This document shows positions 23,986 through 36,705 of a DNA stretch of 64,000 bases, piece after piece. The stretch's first letter is position 1, and every line of letters begins with the position of its first letter. The DNA lies in contig MU053881.1 of assembly GCA_013239625.1 (NCBI GenBank), positions 8,393,957-8,457,956 of the forward strand, given 5' to 3'. A program made the position numbers and the translations under genes. The notes beneath the pieces are model-generated. The model made no database searches, had not been told where the DNA came from, and was given only the letters and a program-made list of their open reading frames with translations. The DNA is from Lama guanicoe (taxonomy: Eukaryota).

Positions 23986-26165
23986 CTGAGGGAGAGAGGG
24001 AAAAAGGCAGGATGGCAAGGCGGGGTTTAGAAATCAAGATATTGTTGTCACAACACATACTTTTGATCCCCCTACTGTCCCAAGATGGTCCTGGCAAAAT
24101 CCAACCACCACTGAACTTGACAGCCAGGTCCTACCTAGTTTGGGGGTGAAAGACAGGGTAGCATTTGATTCTGTCTTTAACATCCAAGATTTCAAAGCCA
24201 AACCACCTGGGTTCAAATCTCAGCTTCACCTACTGCTTCATGACACTGGGACACAGATTTCATCTAAGTTCTGGATTCCTCATCTGCAAAGTGGGGCTAA
24301 TAATGCCCGCCTTGTAGGGCTATTGGGAGACCCCACGAGACGTTACAGAGAAATCCTTAGTATAGAGAATGGCGCAGGGGACGTGCTCTAGAGAAGTCAG
24401 TGCCGCTAGCCTGTTACTACACCATTTCCATCACTATGGTGGTGCCTTCTAGATCGACCCCTACACACATAGGGCAAAATAAGAGCCCCTGGACCCTTGG
24501 GAGGGGCAAGAGGGGGAGAAAGGGAAGGATTTAAGTACTGGCTTTCCCACTCGGCCCATTCCACTCCTAGCTCAGCTCATCTCCCCCGCCCTTGATGCAG
24601 CCCCTCAGAAGTCTCTGACTCGGAGCTCAGACCCTGCATTCAGCCCATGCTGCACATTCCCGCCTTCCCCAATGGATGCCGATGGTGTGCCAGGTCCATT
24701 GCCAAGTTCAGAGCTACCAAGATGAACGGGACAGTTCCTGACCTCCGCACAGCAGGGGAAGGACGGATTTGGGTGCTTCAGCCTCACAGCCAGCACTTCT
24801 GAGCACCTGCTCTGTGCCAGGCAAGGGCATGTGCAGACTGGGGAAGAGGCTGGGGGCAGTGCAGGCTGGGGAACGGATGGGGACCGTGAGCCTGGGAGAA
24901 GCCAAGGGGCCACCTGGGTGTGGCTTTCCCAGCCCGTGTCCCACATCTGCGGCTGCAGCCCTGGGGACCTCCTGGCTTCAGATCCATCCCTCTCCACCCT
25001 CCACTAAACCACTTAAGGAGATTAATTTGTCTGCTGACTGCACAATGGCACTAATCGCATAACCTGCTTAGTGTCTGAGCTCAGCCTGGCATCGCTCACG
25101 GTGGGGAAAGCTTCTGGAGACGGCGTGAAGAAATCCCGACCTGAGACGTGAGCGGTCTCGGGTCTCCCAGGACACTGTGGGGGAGGGCGGGGGTCGCACC
25201 CTGCACCCGGCTGGGGTCCCAGCGCCCCTGAGCCAGCTTATGGAAGCCCTTAGACAGGGAGCGCCGGGAATGCTTCCTGAGCCTCGTTAGAGGTTCCACC
25301 TGCACCCCCTCCTCTCTAGAGAACAATTTTCTCAAGTTTGCCACCTGCTGTAGTAGGAAGCCTGTTTTTATTTTTGTTTGAGAGTGCTCGGCAAGACTCT
25401 CTTCCCGATGAGGGAGCCCCAGGGATCTCTCGGCTCCTCTTCTAAGGAAATCGCTGGCGCTCATCCAGAGGAGCTTTTAATTAACCAGGAAATCTCGGCG
25501 TTCCCCACTTGCTCCCACTGGCCCTTGCACACAAATGAATGGATAGCTCTGGGCACAGCAGTGGTCCTCCCATTCATTCCTGGAGCCTCAAGGCTGAGAT
25601 GGGTCGAACCTCAGGCTGGCCTCACGGAATCCACGGCTCAGTGCGGGCTCTGGGCAGGTGTTCCTGGAGCCAGTCCTGACTCCTGCTTCTCAGCAGTGAC
25701 ACTGTCCTTGGACAAGTCACTTACCCTCGCTGTGTCTCACTCCTCTCGTCTGAGGATAAAAATAGCACCCACCTCACACAGTTGTGGGACGGGCAGGAGT
25801 AAGTATGCATAGGAGGGCCTGTATCTTGCACACCTGAACTCAATAAATGACCTAGCTCAGTCCAGCTCTTCACACCAGACAGGCATGGTGGGGCCAGCGA
25901 GCACCAGGAGTGTCAGGAATAAATACACAGACCCGCTTCGTGTCCTGAGAGGAGTGTGACAATAAAGAGGTTGGGTTCTGGGGTCAGAAAAACCCAGGTT
26001 CCAATCCTCACTTCCCCACTTGTTGGCTGGGAGACCTAGGGCAGGTGATAGCAGCTCTCTGAACCTCTGTTTCCTCATCTGTGAAATCAGTATAATAGAA
26101 AAAACCTATTTCACCACAGAAAGCACACTGCCCACCACATAATGCACCCCAGTCAGTTAAAAAAA

Positions 26166-26313
26166 TTTTTTTTTATTCTTTTGGAGGGGGAAGGTAATTA
26201 GGTTTTATTTTTTAATTAATTAATTTTATTTTTTAAATGGAGGTACTGGGGAATAAATCCAGGACCTTGTGCATGCAAAGCACGTGCTCCACCACTGAGC
26301 TATACCCTCCCCC
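26166..26313 (-). mobile_element. tRNA-Ala-derived SINE (camelid vic-1 type)
   Basis: GGGGGAGGGTATAGCTCAGTGGTGGAGCACGTGC...CCCAGTACCTCCA, AAACCTAATTACCT tail, A-rich end. Confidence 0.88.
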
Positions 26314-27215
26314 ACCAATAAATATTAATAGCACAACTTATTATGTGATTGCTGCTAAAGATGAAGATTTTTCTCCTAATAAATCTTAGCTGTCATCATC
26401 CACATCCTCTCCCATTTTGAAGCTTCCGACCTGAATCTCAGTCCATGCCATAATGTTCTTTCTGACCCTGTGCAGAATGGGAGTCACATATCCATCCCTG
26501 GCTTCAGTCACGCAGATCTGTGCCACAACCAGGATAAACTGCAAACTCCTGACCGTAGCCCCGCAGGCTTACGGGACTTGTACCCTGCCTGATGCAAGGC
26601 ACCCCGGCCCCTCTTGCAGCCCCTTGCTCCAGCCTCAGAGAGTTTGCTCTTGTTTCTCCCAAGGCTGGCTCCTTCTCACCGTTCAAGCCTCCGTTCAAGT
26701 GTTGCCTTCCTTCACCACTCAGTCTGAACTGGCAGCCCCAACCTGAAAAGCTCCAGCACACCCCCCGTTTTATTTTTTCCCTGGTGCCTTTATCGGTTTG
26801 GTTGTACAGTTCTGTCTGTGCCTTCATTGCACGTAGGCTTCCTGGAAACCGGGACCTTGTCTGTCCTCCGCATTGTATCCTTGTGACCAACTCACATGGC
26901 ATATCTGTTCAATGAACAAACGAATGAATCCACGTACATCCCTTAGCACAGGACCCGGCATTTGACTTCAGTACGTATTTAGTATCTGTTGAATGAATCC
27001 ACCATGGAAAAATCCTTAGCTCAGGACCCAGAACATAGTAAACACGTAATAAATTCCTACTGAATGAATAGGTAAATCGATACACCACGTAGAGAGCCAG
27101 CACGCAGAAAGCAGTAAATGTTGCCCATAATTATCATAATTGTCACTGGGGTCTGGGACTCAGACCATCCTCCTCCCTCCTCGAGCCTCCCGCCCTCGGA
27201 CATGGTGCCCTCTAC

Positions 27216-27751
27216 CTTGGCCCGACTGCTTGCCCTCTGGTCCTGGTTCCTCCAGCCGGTACCTCTCCTGGGTGCCGCTGCCAAGGCTCAGTTCGCCGAG
27301 AGTGGCACTCAGCTCGGGGTCTTCAAACTCCAGATTGCTCAGGAAGGCGTCTCCGGCCACGAGGGGGTCAGCGATGAGAGGGGAGCAGGGTGGGGAGGGG
27401 GATGAGAGAGAGGAGCGGGGGGACAGGGAGGTCATGGACTTCGGGGTGCCGGACACGGAGCGCAGAGCCTGCAGGCGGCCGCCCGCCTCTGCCTTCTGGG
27501 TCTTGGCCACCTCGTCCTCGTGGATGGTGGTGATGCAGCCTGAGGGCCGGAAGCCCGTGGCCCCCTCCAGGAGCAGGAATTCCACCTTGCACTGCAGTTC
27601 CGAGTCCAGCTGCTCGAAGGGGTCATAGTAGAGGTCAGTGAAGCTGGCTGAGGTGGAGGAGTCCAGGCTGGAGGCGGCCAGGGAGCCCCGGCTGGACGTG
27701 AGGGATCCGGGGCTGCTGCCTGAGGACAGGCTCTGCATGCTGCCGGAGAGG
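27216..27751 (-). CDS. WWC1: WWC1 exon 11 (536 nt): Ser-rich region [16 protein letters not shown]...[15 protein letters not shown]...GKQSGQ
   Basis: Acceptor CCCAG, donor GTAGAG; core of ORF 27160..27849. Confidence 0.96.
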
Positions 27752-28552
27752 CTGGGCCGGGGGAGAAGGAGGGCGAAGACACAGAGTGGGTGGGCCACTT
27801 GGCACATCCCACCTGGCCCATAGAAAAGCACCACGGGCTCTGAGAACATATCTCATTGGACCCTCTTGACAACCTCCAGCATCCCCATTTCACTAAAGAG
27901 GATATCCCGAGGCCACATCGTCAGGAGGTGGGGGGCAGAGCTAGGATTCCAACCCTAGCCAGCTGCCTTAAAAACCCACTTTTCCCTCTCTGTTTCTCAC
28001 ACCTCCACCAGCTGCATTCCATTTGTGCATTTTTCTATGTTTGAATTCAGCCGCAAATAATGCTTAACATTTTTCTTCAAATCAACTCATTTTTTACACG
28101 TTCACGTATTTATCTTAAAAGGAAACTTTACATCCTAAGTGTAATCTGAAAAGCAGTACCACTTACTACAAACTGAAGACAACTGTTAAAAATATCTGAA
28201 ATATTCTACAATTCCAGCCACCGTGCCCACAGAGGCCCAGGCCCGAGGCCAGCTCTCTCCGTGGTGTGCAAGTTGGCTGGCGGGGATCAGAATGAGACAC
28301 AAGAGCACCTGACTGGGGCCCTTCTGTGTGCTGTCACAAGGACAGGATGCTGCGGTCTGGGGAGGGGAAGGACCCTGCCACCGGCCGCATCAGGCCCAGC
28401 CCAAGTCCCCTAGACCATCCACCTGCCTGCTGTTCCTCTAAGTGTGCATACTGAAGAGGACACGTGAAGGGCAGAGGCTGGGCTGGGCCACCGGGGGACG
28501 CCTGCATCTGGCCATGCCCCGGGGAACACCCACTGTGCCGCCTCCTGCTCAC

Positions 28553-28642
28553 CTTTTCAGCTGGGAGTGCAGTGCTGCTACCTGCCTGGTGGCTTCCTCC
28601 AGCTCTCTCACCAGCTGGCTCCTCTTGCTGTTTAACTTCAAC
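28553..28642 (-). CDS. WWC1: WWC1 exon 10 (90 nt): LKLNSKRSQLVRELEEATRQVAALHSQLK(S)
   Basis: Acceptor CTTCAG, donor GTGAGC; in ORF 28549..28833. Confidence 0.96.
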
Positions 28643-29527
28643 CTGAAGGGAGCGAAGACATGAGGGAGGAGGCTCAAGGGACCCAGCCTCCATCTCCCTG
28701 AAAGAGGAGCGGCAGGCGTGTACTCACGGCGATGTACACATGGACCGCTCCCACCCCAGCCCCCAACAGATGCGCGCAGACGTCCTGCAAGCCTTATACT
28801 ATGACGTCTGGAGGGAGATGACCTCCACGTCACATCCTACAGTAACTGCTCTGTTCATCACCTGCTACACACCAGACGCTGAGTAGGAAGCATATGACAT
28901 TGCCTTAATTCATTTGCGCAATAACTCTGCACCTTAAGAATTCTTTTTTTTAACACCACTTTGTATATGAGAAAACTGAGGTTCTTAGAGTTAAATAGTT
29001 TACTTAAAGCTAGAGAATTAGTGGCAGAATTAGGATTCCACCAACCATCCCTCCCTGTGCTATGCACAGGTATGCTGGGGAGAGAAATCAGGTGAAGACC
29101 TGGTAGATGGCCATGTGCAGACAAACATCCACGAGACAAGGAGACAGGTGCCAACACCTTGACCTTGGACCTCTGGTTTCCAGAACTGCGAGAAAACAGA
29201 ATTCTCTTAAGTTACCCAGTGTGTGGTATTTTGGTTTGGCAGCCCTAACAAATGGATGCACCATCTCAGGGTGAAGTATATAATGGAAAAAAGGCAGGGC
29301 CCAGGACCAAGCTCTGAGTATTTACAGCATCCCAAGGCTGCATGGACCGGCAAGAGTCAGCAAAGGGGCTGGGAGGATGGTTCCAGAGAGCCTGGGGCAG
29401 AGCCAGGTGAGTGTGACGGAACCGGGGAGCAAAGACCGGCACCAAAGCCCACCACAGCCTGCAAGTTCCATCAAGCAGGCCGGTGCCCTCACCCACTCAG
29501 GAGGGCTGCTGTCGCCTACCCACTGGA

Positions 29528-29705
29528 TGAGTGGTTCTCAGCTTGTGGTCACAGGCCTCCCGCATCAGACAGGGAGACATCCTTATTAAATGCACATTCC
29601 TGAGTCCTACTTTCATGGACTGAATCAGAGAGCCTGGGGGCAGGGCCCAGGAACCTGCATCTCTATTACCTATCCCAGGTGACGTTTAGGCCCTAAGGCT
29701 GAGGA
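29528..29705. mobile_element. MER5-like hAT MITE
   Basis: AGTGGTTCTCAG...TGAATCAGAG...GGGCCCAGGAACCTGCAT...CCCAGGTGA. Confidence 0.6.
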
Positions 29706-31494
29706 GCTGCTGCACTGCGGGGGGACTGCAAGGCGGGAACTCCCCCAGCACGGAGCATGGTGCCCACCACACGGACGTGCTCGAGAAGTAACTGAAGGGA
29801 GGACTTGCCCCCCCGTCGAAGGAGGGAAAGCTCATCCCCTCTGCTGAAAGACCCAAATGTCAGACCTCCCTTGGACTGATGCGTTCCACTGTTGGCCTCT
29901 TGTCCCCTTATGCCATCCGGTTGCAGGGGGAATGACTGACCCACTACTCCCCGAGCACAGCCAACCCAGCCTGGGGTCTGGGAGAGAGTTTATTTCCATG
30001 GAACACCTAACCAGGCCATCTCTCCACTGACACACCCAGGCCTCCAACACAGGCCCTGCCATGAAGACCAGAGCTCGCTGGAGACACAACTGGAAAGTGA
30101 TGAGGGACAGGTGGGGCTTGTCACTGGGGAACCAGCCTTGTGAAATTACAGAAGAGACCCCAGGAGCAGTGGGCAGAGGGGCCTCAGCATGGTTCTTGGC
30201 CAGCTCAATCCCTGGCGCTGTTCTTCCAGAGTCCTACCCGGGGCTGGGGAGGTGAGGGCCAGGCAGGAGGCTGGCAGATGGAGCCTGAAATGAACGAAAC
30301 CTTGATGCTTAATGGAACGGACAGGACAGTGAATCTGACCCTCCTTAAGAGCAAAACCTTGAAAGGGTGTGAGGTCTGGGGTCAAGGAGTGGCTGGGGTT
30401 CACCATTTTTGCTCTCGTTTTCCTTTCCTCTGGGAGAAGACCAGAGAAGCATTTTCTGGGAGTAAACGCAGGTCCCCACTGGAGCCCCAAAGTGAGGCGG
30501 AGGAAACTAGGAGCCGGGAGGCCTTGACTTCCTGAACGCAGCGGGGTATAGCCACCAGCAACAACACGCAGGTGCCGAGGCCGCCTCCCGGGGGCGCTGG
30601 GCTTAGCGGGCCATATGGTATTTGTGTGTGGTGCCTGGCACATGCAGGGAGGCCAAGAACACATTGAGCGTGGAAACCGGCAGAGGATCCAGAAGGTGGG
30701 GCTGGAATGCCCCCAAGCTGCAGCTCAGCACCTGGGGTGCTGCTGAAAAACTCAGGAGCCTGGGCTGTGTCTCAGGGCTTGGGGAATTGGTCCTGGGGGA
30801 TAGAGGGGCAGGGAGTCCACATTCTAACAAGCACCCTGCGTGACCGCACGGCGGCTCTCAGGAGTGGGGGGGCACAGGAAGGGAGGTGGAAGCAGGAGGT
30901 AGGATGGGGTGGGGGGAGTCAGGATGTCTGTGCCTCTAATTGATCCGTGACTGGGGTTTGGCAGGCCCTGCGGTGTGTGTGCCCTTCCTAGATGTGTCTA
31001 TTCTTGTCCTCCCCAAAGTCACCTTGAACGGAGACGCTGCTGTGTGCAGATGAGGAACACAATCCTCCCATTTTGAGAGAGAAAAGAGAGAAAGGAGCAT
31101 AAGAAAGAGAGAAAGAGACTGAGAGAGAGGACAAGGGGGTCGGAGGGATGAACACAAGACAGATGAACAGGAGGGGCCAGAGGCAAACAGCTGAACACAG
31201 ACGGAGACTGCTGGATGGGCTCTCTCCTCTCTCCCCTGCAGGAGGCTCAGAGCCCCGTCCTTCCTGTGGCTCTCACCTCTTCCTGCCCATGCGCCCCCTG
31301 GCTTCCCTCGGCACATCCCCCAGAGGACTCTGCCCCCTAGGAACTCGAGTCACCTGCTCAGCATCTGTTGTGAAGTGCAGACGGTGGCTGCCCTGGACTG
31401 GCTGTGTGAACTTGCTGTTCCATGGGAGCAATGAGACCTTTGAAAGATGGGGCTGAAGGCAATAATAAAAGACTTTCTATGTGAGCAGCAGCCT

Positions 31495-31670
31495 AGGGTG
31501 AGCATGAGCTCCGGACCCAGCCAGCCTGGGTTGTAATCCCAGCTCTGCCACTTGGTGATGGTGCGCGAGCCTCAGTTTCCTCATCTGCAAAAAGGAAACT
31601 AGCCTCAGCGTTGCTGCAAGGTTTAAGTGAGATGATACTGGTAACAGAGTCTGGTACATAATGGTACCTT
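31495..31670 (+). mobile_element. MIR SINE (one of many MIR remnants; others near 24205, 25680, 25970, 28940, 53285)
   Basis: CTGGGTTGTAATCCCAGCTCTGCCACTT...GCCTCAGTTTCCTCATCTG MIR core. Confidence 0.7.
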
Positions 31671-32685
31671 TGGCATGTAGTGTAGGGGTCTCTAAGAGAA
31701 TATCCAATCCTAGTTTCAAGAAACCAAAATCATTATCGCAGGGAAGAGCCTCAATTCACAATCTGGTCTAACCTCCGAGCTTCAGGCTACATAGATGTTC
31801 AATGCAATTATCTTGTTTTTTTCCCCCTATCAGGCAATTGAAGTCCATGTTGGTCAATGTCTTGTTCAAGGTCAGTGGTGGCAGGGCATCTCTTTTGCCC
31901 TAACAAGGAGTAAGGCCACCATGAATCTGTTCTCTTCCACTGCTGGCTGTGAGCATGATGAACAGTGAAGGGTTTCCCAGTGATAGCCACAGGGCCCGGG
32001 AGCACGCCAGGGCCCCAGAGGACTGTTAGACAGACTAGAAGACGGAGGCAGAGGCCTGGAAGGGTCTGTCCAGGCCGACTAAACATTTTTTTTTCAACTA
32101 ACACCAAAGGCACGATGGTTTCCAGACACAGGCCTTGTCCTCAGGGCTCAAAGCCTTAAGGAAAGAAGGACAGAGTCTTATTGCTAAAGGAGATTTCTAG
32201 AAGGTGCTTCCTGGGGCTGCAAAACAACAATGATTGAAGCCTGCTCCTCCTTCTCCCACCTACCTGGGGGTGGGTAGGTGCTAACCAGCCACCCCTCCTC
32301 CCAGGGGAGGATAAAGGAGAGGAAAAAGACACGTCCCTGGTAGCAGTTCTGACAAGAGGCTTGGAGGGGAAAGATTCCCCACCATTGACCAGTCAGTGGA
32401 CTCTCTGACGTGCTTACAAAAGGCCAGGCAGAGGCTGGTCAACTTGATCCAGGTGGCACCCTGCCAGGTGCAAATGGGGCTTACTCAGTTGCTAAGGAGG
32501 GACTGCAAGCTCCCTGAAGGCATCTTAGGACCCATCATGGGGTGATGCAGAGAGAGCGGGGCCAGGCACCTAGGATGCCTGGCCTGCTGCCACTGGGGTG
32601 CAGGTAAGTTTACCTGCCTTATAAACTGGGTTTCTGCCTCTGATTTCACTGGAAAGAGGAATGCCCTTGCTCATTCCTGCCCCCA

Positions 32686-32686
<1 letters not shown>

Positions 32687-32717
<31 letters not shown>
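32687..32717. repeat. (CA)n microsatellite, interrupted
   Basis: Visible CA run with one interruption. Confidence 0.85.
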
Positions 32718-33567
32718 TGCGTTTGAAAATCATTATCTTCAATTCTATCTCCTTAAGGGTTAGGGACCTTGCTCAATAAAGTCTGCTGCCAAAAAAAGAA
32801 AAAAAAAGTCAAAATAACTGAACAGATTTTAAGGGTAGCAGGGTAGGAATCATGACTTATTAATTTCTGAAAACTCCATATTGCCCTGCATACAGAATAT
32901 TGCAACAAAATGTTTCTTAAGTGAATGAATGAATAAATAACAGGCTGATGGACTGAATGAATGAATGAGGGAAAAGTCGGGGACTGCAGGACTCAGGGTG
33001 GTGAGACACAGAAGGGAGTAAAGTCTGTTGTAAGGTCTAAACCTGTGGCTTTCAGGCTAAATCAAGCCCACAGATGAAGCTGAGTCAGTCTTCACAGTAT
33101 TAAAAATTCTTTTGGATTAGTTGCCAATATTAAAAAAAAAAAATCTAAACAACTCTTTTCTTGAAACGTGGGGAGCTCTGGCAGCCGGGGGCCTGCACGC
33201 CCACTTGCTGGGGGCTGGAGGCGGCACCTGCTTTAGACACGGTGGGGGGGCCTGTGCAGTCCAGTCCAACACGGCATTTATATCATCTCTCGACCCCTAT
33301 AAGCATCTCAGTCTGCACCCCACCCACCCACCAGTGTTTTTCAAGCCGCAAATTACAACGCCTCAGTGTATGGCAAAATCGATTTAGTGGGTCATGACCA
33401 GCATGAAAAGATATAATCTAAGAATATCAGAGGGCTATCACACATAGAAAGAGTATTCACTGCCTTGTGAAACTTTTGTACGTTAGGTAATAATATAACG
33501 TGTCACTGTCACGAAGTTGGAGGACGCCTGCTCTACATCACATCTCAGAAGAAAACGTCTGCAAGCC

Positions 33568-33579
33568 TGCGCATGCGCA
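33568..33579. promoter_or_regulatory. Perfect NRF1-type palindrome TGCGCATGCGCA (function untested)
   Basis: Exact consensus within the 14-bp palindrome CTGCGCATGCGCAG (33567-33580). Confidence 0.35.
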
Positions 33580-33824
33580 GACGCTGGTAACGCGATTCCC
33601 TGGTAAAGCTCCGCGGTAAGTTGGTCTGCGAGCCATCTCCCCAGATCTGCTACTTTGGAAAGTGGTGCTAAACAGAGTGTTCTTGGGGTGGAGCCCAGCC
33701 GCCCCAGGGTGTCCGCCTTTGCCATCCCCCCACGGGCAGCTGGGAGAGAGACCAGAAGCAGAAAGGGGAGGGCCCTGTGCCCCCCACCCCGCCCCCGAAC
33801 CCCCCCCCCCCGGCCCAGCCCCAC

Positions 33825-34067
33825 CTCTCGGTCAGCGCCTTGCTCTGCGTGTCCCGGGCCGCCTGCAGGTCCTTCTCCAGCCGCTTCCGGGCCATCTCCA
33901 GCTGCTCCACCTCCCCCTGGGTCCACTTTCGGGGGCTGATGAAGCGCATCTCCTTCAGCAGCTCCTCCTTTTCATTGATGAGGATCAGCCGGTCCCTCTC
34001 TGAGTCCAGCACTCCAGGCCAGGCCTCACTGTCCAGCTTGGCCAGCTGGATCTTCAGGTTGGCGATC
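33825..34067 (-). CDS. WWC1: WWC1 exon 9 (243 nt): [18 protein letters not shown]...SKALTE(R), coiled coil
   Basis: Acceptor CCGCAG, donor GTGGGG; in ORF 33668..34159. Confidence 0.97.
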
Positions 34068-36169
34068 CTGCGGGGCCAAGAGGGTGAGCGTGACCGGTGC
34101 GCCCCGTGGCATTGCAGGAGCAGGCTGACAGACCGCGTTTCCAAGGTTACGTGGTCCAAGGAGCCACCGCATCCTCAGCGCGATCTTTGACAGCCACTGA
34201 TCAGCATGTGGTCTCATGGAACAGATTTTCATCTGACACACACATGTGGTGCCTACCACATGCCTCCCAGGAGTAGGCTCTGCAGGGAGGGGCTAGAGGC
34301 TGTCCCCTTGCCCTGAGGGACACTAAGCTTGACAGAGCAGAGGTGGATTCTCACCAGGCAATAGCCTCCTACCACTAGCGTGGTGACCTTGGGCAAGTCC
34401 TTGTCTCTCTGAAGGGCATATCAAAAGTTCCTTCCCTGTGGGGTTATAGTTGAAGGTTTTATGACATAATTCATCAAATGTCCAAGTGCAGTACTGGGCA
34501 CACAGCAAACAAGGAATCAGGGGATGTTTCTGCTGCTACTGTGGTTATTCCCTGGCTTAACCACGTCTTGGGTGTATAATGTTGGGCACATACCCTGAGT
34601 CTTATATATAAGAAAACAGCTATTCCTCCTTCCTAATTGGGGTGAAAATGAGCAATGATGTGTTTGGTGTATCTGGCACCTAAGTGCTCAACCAGTGGCC
34701 CTCATGGGTCCACCACAACGACAGCAAATACTGCTGCAGCTAACCTTGTATTCTCAGTCCAGAGGGGGGTGGTGGCACTGCGTGAACCACCGCAGACTTG
34801 AGGTCAGGGGCCTTGGGTTGGAGTTGTGGCTCTGACTTTCTTAAGAAATTATTGAGGTAACACAAGCTTCTAGCACAGTGCCTGGTACACTGCAGGCCTT
34901 GACAAATGTTACAGGAAGGCGCTGGGAGCCCTACCCCTTTGCTGCTTTGAGACTCAGTATTCCCATCTGTATGGTGGGAATAATAATGGTACCTGCGAGG
35001 CAGGAGGACCAGATGAAAAAGTATCATTAAGAGCTCTTTAAACAATGCCAAGTGCTATCCAGACATTAGGTATGATTATCTTTGGATCAAATTAAGATTC
35101 CCGTATTGCTAAGAGTACTGCCACAAATATTTCACAGCAATCACGTGATCCGTTAGGTTTTAGTCTTTGCAAAGTGCTTTTTAGCCGTCACGCCCTAGCC
35201 TCACCCCATCCCTAGAGGGTGGATGAGACCTGATGGTCAACTCTCTTAGAGAGATGGCCAGGGAGGATATGGCTCACCTAAGAGTGCGGGTCACAAACAC
35301 GGCCAATACTTATTGAGATCCCAGGCCTCTGGACCTCAGTTCAATCCTGTCTGCAAACAATGTGGCCAAACTCTCATTTTATCAAAACACTGTTGGAGGC
35401 GAGACCTCCATGCTGCGTAGTGACAATTCCATATAGAGAAACACATCTACATTTGCTCCTTCCCCAGCCAAGTGTCTCGGCAGGGATTCTCAGAGTTAAT
35501 TAATTTAAATTCCACATTCACATACACAGCAATGCATCAAGACTGGGTTTGGGATAACTTCGTAGCTGTTGTTCTCCGTCCAGCTGCTTTGAGGTTAGAG
35601 TGGTATGGCCAGACCTGGCAGGGGATCCGCTACACGTGGGACGATGAAGGGGTGATTGATGCTTTCCTGGATGTGCTTTCCGGTGGCGCTGTCCCTACAC
35701 CAGTGCTCCTCAAAGTTTGAGCCTTAGGAGAAAACTACTACGCTCACTCCTCAGAAAGGCACACATGGCAGAACTTGGCATACAATGACCAGACTTTGCA
35801 TGACAGCCACCTGCCCTCCCTGCATCAAGACCGCAGCCTCTGCTTTCCCGTTCAGCTGGCTGCTCTGTCCTGTGCGCTTACACTACCTTTGGGAGAAGGT
35901 GGAGGCACAAAGCTAGAAAAAGGCAGTTGAGCCAGGAACCCGTGTGATGAGAAGTTTAATGGCTCAACCCAAAAGGGAAGTGCTCAATTCATTTGTTTCT
36001 CCGTAGCTGATCACCTAAGACAGGAATTACTGCAAGCTGGAACAGATCAAGGGTTCAGAGTGGTCCCCTTCAGCGGAGACAAGAAGTGGTTGACCAAGTG
36101 TAGAAGTTGTGCTGTTTTGCTGGACCTCTAGGGGGAGCTGAAACAGTGCACAGGGCGTATTTTTCCCCC

Positions 36170-36705
36170 CACCTGACCAGTATCCAATTTCTCCTTCTTT
36201 TGTTAACAATATTCCAAGTTTTCTTTGGGAAATCAGTCCTCTTGTACTTTCAAGTTACTTGGTTCCCACGAAGCTGACCTCAATCTCCTTCCCAGAGTCG
36301 GGCACATGACTCATGCTTAGACCTTCAGAGAATTCTAATTCCTCTCACACTGCAACAATGATTGCTTCTCTCAGAAAAGCCAGGGGGTCTCAAACCCAAA
36401 GTTTGTTAAAACTATTGGGCAGGGTATATCCTCCTTCTGCTGGGGTTGCTAACCTGATAGTATATGAGCCTAGAATTGCCGGGGGTCATCTTCCCACTTG
36501 GATAGGGAAGCCCGTCAACACAAAGGCAAGCAGGGTGGAGGAAAGGAGTGAGACTGAATGTATGTAACATAATTTGAACCCCTGGATCCAGCTGTGCCTG
36601 AAGCTAGAATATCTCAGGACTTTAGAATTCAATAAGCCAACAAATTCTCCTTTTGGCTGCTTCTAGTGTCTATAGGATTCCTGCCATTGCTGCAAAGGGT
36701 TCTGC
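36170..36705 (+). mobile_element. Old MaLR (MLT1K/L-like) LTR; ends approximate
   Basis: TTTGAACCCCTGGATCCAGCTGTGCCTGAAGCTAG, TAAGCCAACAAATTC. Confidence 0.6.

Noticed and set aside
27160..27849. 229-aa ORF as a standalone gene
   Set aside because: It is WWC1 exon 11 with in-frame intronic read-through on both sides
35574..35584. ATAACTTCGTA, resembling a loxP arm
   Set aside because: Only 11 nt match, with no spacer or second inverted arm; chance match
35472..35740. 82-aa plus-strand ORF, and a possible cryptic acceptor (TTTTCTCCTAAG) on the minus strand that would give an early stop after exon 8
   Set aside because: No recognisable homology and only a weak downstream donor; unsupportable without RNA-seq or conservation data
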